Below, one piece after another: positions 49,485-58,157 of a stretch of 64,000 nucleotides of DNA. The notes under the pieces were generated by a model. That model ran no database searches. It was given only the letters and a program-made list of their open reading frames with translations, and was not told the DNA's origin. Source of the DNA: a virus (lineage: Duplodnaviria; Caudoviricetes); IMG/VR virus record IMGVR_UViG_3300021431_004524, positions 64,001 to 128,000 of that record; one strand, 5' to 3'. The number at the start of each line of letters is the position of its first letter. Within the stretch, counting starts at the first letter, position 1. The translations under genes and the position numbers were made by a program.

Positions 49485-50189
49485 ATGAAGAGAACACAAA
49501 CGTTCGAGAAATTGGATGAAATTGATGCCTATTTTGAAGATATTAAGAAATATCGACCACTTTCTTCAAGGGAAGAAAAAGAATTGGCGGTTAAAATCAG
49601 AAAAGGTGACAAATCCGCTTTAGATAAGTTAGTTAATGCTAATCTAAAATTCGTTGTCAATTACGCAAAACAGTACCGTAAAAGTGGCGTACCGTTTTCA
49701 GACTTGATTTCTGAGGGAAATATAGGGCTTATTAAAGCGGCTGAGAAGTTTGATGAAACCAAGGGCGTTAAATTCATTTCATATGCCGTATGGTGGATTA
49801 GAAACTCAATTCAAGAATGCATAAACAGATATCTTGGAAATGTAGAAGAAGTAAATGCAGAAGCACACGTTTTTGACAATTGTAAAAAGGCCGAATATGA
49901 TTATTCTTCTAAAATAGTAAATGAGGAATTTGAAGAGGAACTTACAAACCTTCAAAGTAGGGAGGCCACGATTTCCGAATTAATGAAAACACTTAAAAAA
50001 CGTGAGATAAGAATACTTTCACTGTATTTCGGACTATATGACGGAAGAGAAATGACGTTAGATGAAATAGGACAAGAAATGGACTTGACAAAGGAGAGAG
50101 TTAGACAGATTAAAGACAAGGCGTTGGTTAAACTTAAAGTTAATGCTCTTTCATCAGACGAGTTCGATACATTTAAAGAACTAAGATAA
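49485..50189 (+). CDS. RNA polymerase sigma-70 family factor (RpoD-like, short)
   Basis: ANLKFVVNYAKQY, DLISEGNIGLIKAAEKFD, KFISYAVWWIR (region 2); MTLDEIG...LTKERVRQI (region 4.2). Confidence 0.93.
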   Translation: MKRTQTFEKLDEIDAYFEDIKKYRPLSSREEKELAVKIRKGDKSALDKLVNANLKFVVNYAKQYRKSGVPFSDLISEGNIGLIKAAEKFDETKGVKFISYAVWWIRNSIQECINRYLGNVEEVNAEAHVFDNCKKAEYDYSSKIVNEEFEEELTNLQSREATISELMKTLKKREIRILSLYFGLYDGREMTLDEIGQEMDLTKERVRQIKDKALVKLKVNALSSDEFDTFKELR

Positions 50190-50212
50190 TTATATAAATA
50201 AGGTATAATAAT

Positions 50213-50761
50213 ATGGCAAAAAAATCCGAAACTAAAAAGAATAAGAAGCAAGTCAAGAAGAGCGAAACCAAGAAAGTTGTAGATACAAGTTTCAAGGACG
50301 CATTTATGGAAGATGCAAAGAATACAACTTTCACTGAGGAAACAGTTAAAGAATTGGATGAAGTAAAGGTTGAACCAACTGATAATGAACCTGTAGAGGA
50401 AACAAATGAGGTTGAAGTCGTTAATGCGACTGAAGAACAAGAAGATACGACACTTGACGTAACAGATAGTGAACATGAACATTGGGACATTTACGCAACG
50501 GGTAGTGAAAATGAAGAACCTGTAGAAGAAGTTGTTACGGAAGCAGAGCCGACAGAAGAAGTGCCTCAAGTTCCATTTGTACAAACAGTCGTCGAAGAAG
50601 AATCTGAGAGTAATACGGTTGTGGAATCTGTTTCTTATACTCAGACTGAGGTTGAAGAAGAACCACAACCAAAGAAAGAAGAAATTAAACCTAAGAAAAA
50701 ACGTTCGACTTCAAAGGAAGTATACGGATATCATTGGATGGGTCTTATTTACGATGAATAA
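50213..50761 (+). CDS. acidic E/T/V-rich protein
   Basis: Basic termini, acidic disordered core, aromatic C-terminal YGYHWMGLIYDE. Confidence 0.6.
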   Translation: MAKKSETKKNKKQVKKSETKKVVDTSFKDAFMEDAKNTTFTEETVKELDEVKVEPTDNEPVEETNEVEVVNATEEQEDTTLDVTDSEHEHWDIYATGSENEEPVEEVVTEAEPTEEVPQVPFVQTVVEEESESNTVVESVSYTQTEVEEEPQPKKEEIKPKKKRSTSKEVYGYHWMGLIYDE

Positions 50762-50779
50762 AAATATATGATTTAAACG

Positions 50780-51286
50780 ATGAGTAAGGATAAAGGTTAT
50801 ATAGAGATTAGCGAAAGCATCAGAAGAATACGTGAGATAAATGAAGGTGGTCATCTGAATGAGGATTATTCATTTACTTCGACATCTACCGGTGTGCCGT
50901 CGTATAAATACCAAAATTCAACGGAAGATGATAACAGTGATGCCGTACCTTATACGATGCAGGATGAGTTAATGGCTAATATCACACAAACAGCCAAAAC
51001 ACAATTTGGCGCAGATTTTTCACAATCAAAAACACCTATGTTATACTATCCGAAAGACGGTGATGTGGTGCTTAGTGGAACTATCAGTGATATGAATGAT
51101 GCCAAATTCCAATTTAGATTTAAAGATTCTACCGGTAGCGGGTGTTATGTATGGGTTTCCCCACTTCAACTAACAGATGAAACAATAAATAAACTTTCCG
51201 TTATTAACGGTGTATTCAAAAATTGGAAAAAAGAACTTTCCGGTGTTGAGGATATTAAACCGATGGGTTTTAACAATAAACAATAA
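50780..51286 (+). CDS. hypothetical, possible head-internal protein
   Basis: ISE/INE/LNE motifs in the N-terminus. Confidence 0.6.
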   Translation: MSKDKGYIEISESIRRIREINEGGHLNEDYSFTSTSTGVPSYKYQNSTEDDNSDAVPYTMQDELMANITQTAKTQFGADFSQSKTPMLYYPKDGDVVLSGTISDMNDAKFQFRFKDSTGSGCYVWVSPLQLTDETINKLSVINGVFKNWKKELSGVEDIKPMGFNNKQ

Positions 51287-51291
51287 TATAT

Positions 51292-51323
51292 GGAGATAGA
51301 TTTCGGTCTATCTCTTATTTTTT
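51292..51323 (+). terminator. intrinsic terminator with UUCG tetraloop
   Basis: GAGATAGAT-TTCG-GTCTATCTC followed by TTATTTTTT. Confidence 0.75.
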
Positions 51324-51381
51324 CTATGGTTTTACAAACATTCTTGGTTTGAAAACTATTTATAGAAAATACTCATTATTA

Positions 51382-51597
51382 ATGACAATTACTGAGAATG
51401 AAATAAGGAAAATGCTTCAAGAAGAATTGACCAAACAAGAGGTAAGGAGCATGATAGACGATAAATTATCTGAGTATCTTAAAGACCGAGAACTTAAGAA
51501 ACAGATAAGAAATATTGCCGTTGATGTTATTGACGATTTTTTCCGTGAAATGTGGAGAAAGAACGGCTTTTGGAAAAATCCGCTTAAAAATAGATAG
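51382..51597 (+). CDS. small hypothetical, possible head-internal protein
   Basis: MTITENEIRKMLQEEL; ATG at 51382. Confidence 0.6.
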   Translation: MTITENEIRKMLQEELTKQEVRSMIDDKLSEYLKDRELKKQIRNIAVDVIDDFFREMWRKNGFWKNPLKNR

Positions 51598-51608
51598 GAG
51601 ATGCACCG

Positions 51609-52811
51609 ATGAATGATGTTATAATGTCAAATTTGAAAAAGTATGCCGCAAAGAACAAAAGTAGTGTTTTCGCCTTGAGGGATTGGATTACATTAAAAAT
51701 GAAAAATTTCTCTCTTACGGATGCACTTGAATGTGTGTATTTATTTGCCGGTGGACATGAGGATGAAATGACAAAGATAATCAAACAACTTACTGAAAAA
51801 CGTAAAGTTAATGGGCGCACACAAGTATATAATGCTGATAATATAGATATGATTGACATTGTTCGTGGTGCTAACGGAAAACTTGAATTGAGGGGCTATA
51901 ATCCGGATAAAGAACCAATGGCAAAAGGTCAACATGTATCACGTAACCCTAAAATATTCAGAAAGAGTGATGGTAAAATCAGTAAGACGTTCCAAAATTC
52001 TGAGAAGAAGATGATGGATTTCGGTGAAAAAGTAAGAGCACTTTATCCGGATGGTGATAATATGTATATTACACATGCAATGCAAGCCATTAAGAATTAT
52101 GCCAATGATAAGAAGATAAGTCCTGATAAGGTAATAGCATCGTTAGAAAAAGGAAGACTGAAACTGAAAGATGAGGATTATAACACATTTGAAATAGTTT
52201 CCGCTTTCAATGAATCAAGAACTATTGTAATAACCGAGGCGATGTTAAATGAACTTTACAATGAGTATGAAATGACTGAACATAAGTTCTATAACAATAT
52301 TAAGAAATTTCTTGCAGATTTACTTGCAGACCCGGTTAATGCAAAACCAACGAAACTTCTTTTAATGTATGGCATTACACGTAAATTCCTATTGAATCAG
52401 TTAGAGCGTTGTGGTATAATTGAACGTAAGAATAAAATATCTGATAAAGATGAAAACGGACAACCCAAAGAAGCCACAATGATGGTTGATTTCAATGTAC
52501 CGAGAAAAAATTTTGATAGAAAACTTAATCGTTTGTGGATAAGATTGTTTGAAAAGAATTTACCACCAAGAAAACGACATAATACAGAAATAAATGAAGA
52601 AGGGGAAGGCGCAACAACGGCAGACGCTTCAGGTGAGTTCTCTCAGCCGTTATTCCCTATGCAAAGAAGAAAAATGCCGGTAGAAGTTGAAGAGGCAACG
52701 GCCACAACAACAGCCGGTGACTATGAATACGACGTTCCTTTTGCCGGAGATAAAGAGACTTTGGCAAGAAAGAATGGCGTTGGGGGTTCTGTTTCTGTAA
52801 ATAGAGTATAA
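51609..52811 (+). CDS. hypothetical, possible head-internal protein
   Basis: FNES, ITE, LNE, INEE, VEE motifs; two EE-x-ATT...P-F repeats at the C-terminus. Confidence 0.6.
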   Translation: MNDVIMSNLKKYAAKNKSSVFALRDWITLKMKNFSLTDALECVYLFAGGHEDEMTKIIKQLTEKRKVNGRTQVYNADNIDMIDIVRGANGKLELRGYNPDKEPMAKGQHVSRNPKIFRKSDGKISKTFQNSEKKMMDFGEKVRALYPDGDNMYITHAMQAIKNYANDKKISPDKVIASLEKGRLKLKDEDYNTFEIVSAFNESRTIVITEAMLNELYNEYEMTEHKFYNNIKKFLADLLADPVNAKPTKLLLMYGITRKFLLNQLERCGIIERKNKISDKDENGQPKEATMMVDFNVPRKNFDRKLNRLWIRLFEKNLPPRKRHNTEINEEGEGATTADASGEFSQPLFPMQRRKMPVEVEEATATTTAGDYEYDVPFAGDKETLARKNGVGGSVSVNRV

Positions 52812-52825
52812 ATTTTTCGTAAATA

Positions 52826-53023
52826 ATGAATATTTATAGATGTAATAATGACGAGTATGCTCACGAGGCAGTAATAGAAAGATTGAAAGATATTGCAGGT
52901 GAGTTAGAACTTGAAGAAGAGAAACCGGAAGATGAAAGGGACAGTGAAAAGGAATTTAAACTTATTTACCGCCAATTCATTGAGGGTTTGAAACTGTCAA
53001 CAGGATACAGATATGGATTATAA
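52826..53023 (+). CDS. small acidic hypothetical protein
   Basis: 65-aa ORF in operon. Confidence 0.55.
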   Translation: MNIYRCNNDEYAHEAVIERLKDIAGELELEEEKPEDERDSEKEFKLIYRQFIEGLKLSTGYRYGL

Positions 53024-53044
53024 AAAATTTAAATAAAATAAAAA

Positions 53045-53908
53045 ATGTTATCAAAGAGATATACGTTCGGCGAATTAAATAGAATCCTTATGGAAAGCCA
53101 CAACGAGTTCAATCCTAAGATTGGCGATAAGGTGGAGAGTGAGGACAAGAAAAACAACGAAAAGGCAGTGGACGATATCATGAAACAGTCTAAGGAGTTC
53201 GATGGCGGTATTACTGATAAAAAGAAGAATACCAACAAAGAAGACATACAGGACTTCAACAAGACGACCCTTGATGTAGAGTTTGCATCTGAACCGGGTG
53301 AGGCTTACAGAGAGAGAGTTAAAGCACAAGTTCATGGTTTCCCATCTGCTGATAATGAGAAAAACAGCAAGATTAAGGAAGATAACAAATCCTTAGATTT
53401 TGAGGGTAATGAGAAATTCTATGACGCACAGAAGAAAAAGTCAGAAGAAATAAGTGACAAGGAGGCAGAACTTAAACATGCCGGCCTTAAAGCACGTGAG
53501 TTACCAAAAGAAGATTTCAAAAATGATACATTATTTAAAGAGAATAAAACAATGAAACGATTACATTTCAAAAATACCGTGTTTCTGAGTGAAGCACAAA
53601 TGCTTAAGAAAGTGCCGGAAGAATATAGAACATCTGACGGAAGATTTATTATGAAGGATGCAAGCGGCACTGAATACCTTGTAGAATGTTCTTATAACAA
53701 AGAATTTAATCATGGAAAATTAACGGTTGTTAATAAGACAAATAAAGAACAAATCAATGAACAGCTTGACCGTATGAGAGAATTGTTTGATTATAACAGT
53801 TCGTCATATATGGGCGGTACAACAAGTTCTTCAAGAAAAACAGAAACACAAGGCTTATCTGAAATGATTAACCGTGTAAAAGATATAGAAAAAGACGGAA
53901 TTAAATAA
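53045..53908 (+). CDS. hypothetical, possible head-internal protein
   Basis: LME, FKE, LSE and INEQLDRMRELF motifs. Confidence 0.6.
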   Translation: MLSKRYTFGELNRILMESHNEFNPKIGDKVESEDKKNNEKAVDDIMKQSKEFDGGITDKKKNTNKEDIQDFNKTTLDVEFASEPGEAYRERVKAQVHGFPSADNEKNSKIKEDNKSLDFEGNEKFYDAQKKKSEEISDKEAELKHAGLKARELPKEDFKNDTLFKENKTMKRLHFKNTVFLSEAQMLKKVPEEYRTSDGRFIMKDASGTEYLVECSYNKEFNHGKLTVVNKTNKEQINEQLDRMRELFDYNSSSYMGGTTSSSRKTETQGLSEMINRVKDIEKDGIK

Positions 53909-53949
53909 ATTTTGAATTGAGTTTTAAACAGGAGGAACCGGAGATTGAA

Positions 53950-54645
53950 ATGGAACAGATGGAGCATATTGGCTTTTTGGAGCGTATGATTAAACTTATG
54001 GACAAATATGGGCTTTGGAAAATAATCCAAGCAACTTTAGTATTGTCCTGTTTTTTGTATATAATGTATAATGTACAAAATTTACCGGAGATTGTATCTG
54101 GTGCATTTAACAGACAAACGGAAATAACACAAGAGGAACATGATGCGGCAGTTGAAGTCAGACGTTCTATAAAACCTGATATTGATATGTTATTAAAAGA
54201 TGCATTGTCTAGTATGAATGCCGATAGAGCATTTATTATTGAAATGCATAACGGTACTAACAATGTGGCCGGTCTGCCATTTATATATGGCGAAATGACC
54301 TATGAGGAAGTAAGGTCTAATATTTCACATGTTGATGAAGATTATACTTCTATAAACCTTTCAAGGTTTTCCTTCCCAATGTTTATCGAGAAAAATCATA
54401 TATGGTATGGAACTGTTGATGAACTCAAAAGGATTGACCCAAAAATTTCTGGGCGACTTGCATCTAATGATGTAACATACTTGGCAATAATAAATCTTTA
54501 TGGTGTCGCTAATAGCCTTGGATATTTCGGTTTCACCTATTGTAACGGAAAAGTTGTCCCGAATAGTAAGGAAATTGAAAGCCATCTTATGTCAACAGCC
54601 CAAAAATTATCGATTCTTCTTGATTCAAAAAGAAGAGTACGTTAA
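53950..54645 (+). CDS. putative holin (single TMD + GAF-like C-domain, T4 T-like architecture)
   Basis: Amphipathic N-helix; TM GLWKIIQATLVLSCFLYIMYNV; LLKDALSSMNADRAFIIEMHNG...LGYFGFTY GAF-like pattern. Confidence 0.5.
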   Translation: MEQMEHIGFLERMIKLMDKYGLWKIIQATLVLSCFLYIMYNVQNLPEIVSGAFNRQTEITQEEHDAAVEVRRSIKPDIDMLLKDALSSMNADRAFIIEMHNGTNNVAGLPFIYGEMTYEEVRSNISHVDEDYTSINLSRFSFPMFIEKNHIWYGTVDELKRIDPKISGRLASNDVTYLAIINLYGVANSLGYFGFTYCNGKVVPNSKEIESHLMSTAQKLSILLDSKRRVR

Positions 54646-54662
54646 AAAAGGAGGATATAGAT

Positions 54663-54929
54663 ATGGGATTTAAGGAAATTTACAATAGGTTTAATGAGGT
54701 GCTACAGTGGACGTTGATAACTCTTACACTGATTCTGTGCGTTGTTATATTAGTTAGAAATGGCAATGCAATTGACGAAAGTGAGAACTTACGACGTGAG
54801 AACTCTTACATTAAAATATACAGTAGTCAACGAGCGGCAGAATTATCTAAAAAGAATAAAGAATTGAATGATTCAATCTTGATTCTTAACGAAAAATTAG
54901 AAAAATACATAAAGAAAAAAAAGAAATAA
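54663..54929 (+). CDS. membrane-anchored coiled-coil protein (i-spanin- or antiholin-like)
   Basis: TM VLQWTLITLTLILCVVILV followed by a coiled coil; lies in the putative lysis cassette. Confidence 0.45.
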   Translation: MGFKEIYNRFNEVLQWTLITLTLILCVVILVRNGNAIDESENLRRENSYIKIYSSQRAAELSKKNKELNDSILILNEKLEKYIKKKKK

Positions 54930-54932
54930 TAT

Positions 54933-55433
54933 ATGGGAAACAACTGTAACAAAACTTTATTAATATTGCTTGCAATTCTTATTGCTTCTGTGATACTTAA
55001 CGTTGTACAGTATTATGACTTGCATAATATGGAAACTAAGACCACAATCGTTGAGAAACACGATACTATAACAGTATGTGACACACTTTATATAGAAAGT
55101 CCAAAGCCGGCAGAAGTCATAAAGACAAAGGAATATATTAAAGTACCGGTTGAAGTCATTAAAAATGATACCGTGTTCGTTGAATTGGAAAAAACCGAAA
55201 AAACATACAAGGATGATTCAACGTATGAATGTAAAATTTCCGGTGTCGAGCCGAATCTTGATTACATAAAAGTATTCCCTAAGACTACTATAATAACAAA
55301 TGAAAAAGTGATAACCAATACAATAACAAAGAAACCACATTTCAATTGGGGTATTCAAACAGGCCTTGGATACGGCGTGATAAACAAGAAACTTGATGTG
55401 TTTGTTGGACTGGGAGCACAATATAATTTTTAG
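54933..55433 (+). CDS. putative spanin-like protein (N-terminal TM, C-terminal amphipathic beta-hairpin ending in Phe; DUF6808-like)
   Basis: TLLILLAILIASVILNVV; DTI/DTL/DTV repeats; HFNWGIQTGLGYG...VFVGLGAQYNF. Confidence 0.55.
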   Translation: MGNNCNKTLLILLAILIASVILNVVQYYDLHNMETKTTIVEKHDTITVCDTLYIESPKPAEVIKTKEYIKVPVEVIKNDTVFVELEKTEKTYKDDSTYECKISGVEPNLDYIKVFPKTTIITNEKVITNTITKKPHFNWGIQTGLGYGVINKKLDVFVGLGAQYNF

Positions 55434-55470
55434 TCACAAAGGTTAACATTATTTTTTTATTATTATTTTT

Positions 55471-55499
55471 CGGCCAATCCTTGAGTTTGGCCGTTTTTT
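55471..55499 (+). terminator. intrinsic terminator
   Basis: CGGCCAA / TTGGCCG stem followed by TTTTTT. Confidence 0.75.
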
Positions 55500-55533
55500 A
55501 TTATATATTAATAGTATATACATTAATCGATTT

Positions 55534-55716
55534 ATGTTTTTGACAAAAGTTTTAGTGTTCATATTAATTATGTGTATCCTTAATCTATGCCGAGAGGCTT
55601 TTAGATTTGGTTACTGTTTTGCCGCCAATGAAAAATATGAAAGCAGTATTGTAAGAACATTGTTTTCATGGGCATCCATTTCCTATATATTAACAATAAT
55701 TTTTTGTGGGTTATAA
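55534..55716 (+). CDS. small two-TM membrane protein
   Basis: Two hydrophobic segments in 60 aa. Confidence 0.55.
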   Translation: MFLTKVLVFILIMCILNLCREAFRFGYCFAANEKYESSIVRTLFSWASISYILTIIFCGL

Positions 55717-55719
55717 ACT

Positions 55720-56229
55720 ATGGATTTACAGGAGAAATTAATTGAACTATCGGGATACGGTGTCACTTTCAATGTGGCAAATAATAATTTCGTTATAAAA
55801 ATAAAATATGACGAAAATTGGTCTATTATACAGCCAGAGGGTAATGATATAGCATTTTATCGTGACGAGGCAAATAATTCCGTATATTATTATGTTGCAC
55901 CGATAACGGTTAGCATTGATAAGTTATTCTCTGCAATAGATGAAACCATCGAGTATAATCAGGAACTTGAATTGAAGGTGAAACTGTTCAGAGAAAAAAT
56001 GACAGAATTGCAAGAATTGTTTACAAAAGAAAGTCTTGAAGTTCTTAAAACACTTGAATTTAAAGTAAAAAAGAAAAGAGATAAAATCAAAAAAAGTAAA
56101 CAAACTGAAATAGAGGAAGAAGTATCTGAAGAGAATGAATCAGTAAAAGATATTGAAAAAGAAGATACGGTAGAAGAGGAAAAAGAATCTGAAATAGATA
56201 AGAAAATAAGTGAATTGATAAAGAAATAA
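55720..56229 (+). CDS. hypothetical protein
   Basis: 169-aa ORF with coiled-coil/charged tail. Confidence 0.65.
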   Translation: MDLQEKLIELSGYGVTFNVANNNFVIKIKYDENWSIIQPEGNDIAFYRDEANNSVYYYVAPITVSIDKLFSAIDETIEYNQELELKVKLFREKMTELQELFTKESLEVLKTLEFKVKKKRDKIKKSKQTEIEEEVSEENESVKDIEKEDTVEEEKESEIDKKISELIKK

Positions 56230-56230
56230 G

Positions 56231-56620
56231 ATGTTGCTATTAATTACATTCATAAGTTATATTTTTTTATTATATGGACTTTCCAACCTTGTGGTATTCG
56301 CCAATGGGCCGTTTCATGTATTTGAAAAATGGCGTAATTTCTCACATAACATAGACGAACAGTTTGGTGAATTGTTTACATGTATGATGTGTTTTTCAAC
56401 ATGGGTAGGACTTGCTTTAAGTCTTATTAATAACTTGATATTCCCAACCGTATCATTTACGGCATTTAATATCATTTTAGGCTCAGTAGCACCTTGGTGG
56501 TTTATTGCGATATTGGATATGGGGTTTGCAAGTGCCGTGGTTTGGCTGTTGCATCAACTTGAAGAAATGATGGAAAGAAGTAATCCGATTTATGATGAAA
56601 CGATAGAGGAAACCGAGTAG
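56231..56620 (+). CDS. DUF1360-like membrane protein
   Basis: GELFTCMMCFSTWVG matches the GEL-x2-C-x2-C-x3-W motif; multiple TMs. Confidence 0.6.
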   Translation: MLLLITFISYIFLLYGLSNLVVFANGPFHVFEKWRNFSHNIDEQFGELFTCMMCFSTWVGLALSLINNLIFPTVSFTAFNIILGSVAPWWFIAILDMGFASAVVWLLHQLEEMMERSNPIYDETIEETE

Positions 56621-56622
56621 AT

Positions 56623-56877
56623 ATGGATAGTGAGATTTTAAGAGAATTGGAAATTAACCGTAATGACAAGGTTGCCGTTGAGACACAAGTTGAGAACTAT
56701 AAGAAATCATTTGCCAATGAATTGGTTAATGGTGGACTTGGAACGGAAATGTGTATGGGGTTGAAATTAAATCAGGCTTCAGTTAAATTGAGGAAACCCT
56801 TAAAACTTAGATTTAAGGAAAAAATGGATAATTTAAAGAATAAATTCAAAATTGTTTTCGGTGTATATGGTGATTGA
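56623..56877 (+). CDS. hypothetical protein
   Basis: ORF in operon. Confidence 0.55.
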   Translation: MDSEILRELEINRNDKVAVETQVENYKKSFANELVNGGLGTEMCMGLKLNQASVKLRKPLKLRFKEKMDNLKNKFKIVFGVYGD

Positions 56878-57136
56878 TGACTTATTTGAAATTGCCAATG
56901 GGTTTGACAATACGTTATTGATGCTTCAAGAAAAGTATCAAAGTGATTTGAAGAGAAAATTTACAATAGGCATACAACTGCCTATAAAGGAACTGAGGGT
57001 TCTTGACCATGACCTTTATGTCACGCAGAATGGAAGTTCAGATGGTTTTACGCCAAGTGATGAAATCAGAGCCAAGATATTAGGACTTGATTTCGTTATT
57101 GTCTCAGAAGAAGAAAAGGAAACTGAACAATCATAA
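56867..57136 (+). CDS. hypothetical protein
   Basis: ATG at 56867 overlapping the previous gene end. Confidence 0.55.
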   Translation: MVIDDLFEIANGFDNTLLMLQEKYQSDLKRKFTIGIQLPIKELRVLDHDLYVTQNGSSDGFTPSDEIRAKILGLDFVIVSEEEKETEQS

Positions 57137-58042
57137 GGCATGTATGCGTTTGCAAGCCTCTCTTGTCCAACCGGTTTTCTTTTCCAATTCATTTAAAAAC
57201 CATGTTGACATATGCTTATTAAGTTTGTCCGTAAAAAGGATGAACTTATTTTTCTTTAGTTTAATGACTTGTTTTTCCAATATATCATATAGCCTTTCCG
57301 CTTCTTTGTCTGTCTTACATGTCACAAAGTCGAAGTCCGTATCATATTGGATTACAACCTTATTATTATATATGAAGACACGTTTGGTGTTTTCCCGACA
57401 TACATCTTTTAATACCATTTCATTAAGTATGAAATGTGCATCCTTTCTCTGTTTTTTAGGATGATAACCGTATACACTGAAGTTTTCCTCTACCTTCCAA
57501 TCATGCTTTGCAATTATTTTGTAGTCACTGTCAGTTATTACGTTTTCTATGAATTTTCCATCTTCATTTCTGAATTTACTGATTTTATCCTCATCTTCAA
57601 TATCGCCGACTTTTTCAACAATCATTATTTCATATTTCATGTCGATGGTTGAACTACCGTTCTTTGGTCTGCCATTAGTTGTTTCATATATTTCAACCGG
57701 ACATAATACACTATTTTGATTTTCTTCTATAGCATCGTTATACATGTCATAAGCATCGTTTTTCCACCAAGTAGTTCCAATCCTTTTGACACGTTTATGA
57801 TTCTTCATTATCACAACCATGTAATATGCATATTTATCATGTTGTTTCTTCTTCTCTTCAAGGATAACAGCACGTCTTTTTTTATATGCACGCTTATTTT
57901 GCTTACTTCTCAGTTTTTTCTTATGTTCAATTTTCTTTAATCTTTCCTTCTCAGCCTTCTTTTCGGCTTTAATACGTTCTTTTTCTAATTTTTTCTGTTT
58001 TTCTTCTTCACGTTTTTTAAGTAACTTTTCTAATTGTGTCAT
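57131..58042 (-). CDS. hypothetical protein with K/R/E-rich N-terminal helix
   Basis: 303-aa reverse-strand ORF. Confidence 0.7.
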   Translation of the reverse strand: MTQLEKLLKKREEEKQKKLEKERIKAEKKAEKERLKKIEHKKKLRSKQNKRAYKKRRAVILEEKKKQHDKYAYYMVVIMKNHKRVKRIGTTWWKNDAYDMYNDAIEENQNSVLCPVEIYETTNGRPKNGSSTIDMKYEIMIVEKVGDIEDEDKISKFRNEDGKFIENVITDSDYKIIAKHDWKVEENFSVYGYHPKKQRKDAHFILNEMVLKDVCRENTKRVFIYNNKVVIQYDTDFDFVTCKTDKEAERLYDILEKQVIKLKKNKFILFTDKLNKHMSTWFLNELEKKTGWTREACKRIHAL

Positions 58043-58087
58043 AATGAGTTAAAATCAAATAATAACATAAATATATGCTGAAAATGT

Positions 58088-58118
58088 TTTGCAGTAAAGT
58101 AAAAAAGTAGTATATTTG
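58088..58118 (+). promoter_or_regulatory. Bacteroidetes-type promoter
   Basis: TTTG 58088-58091, 19-nt spacer, TATATTTG 58111-58118. Confidence 0.75.
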
Positions 58119-58157
58119 CAACTGACATATAAAAATATTAATTAAAAAGGTATAAAA

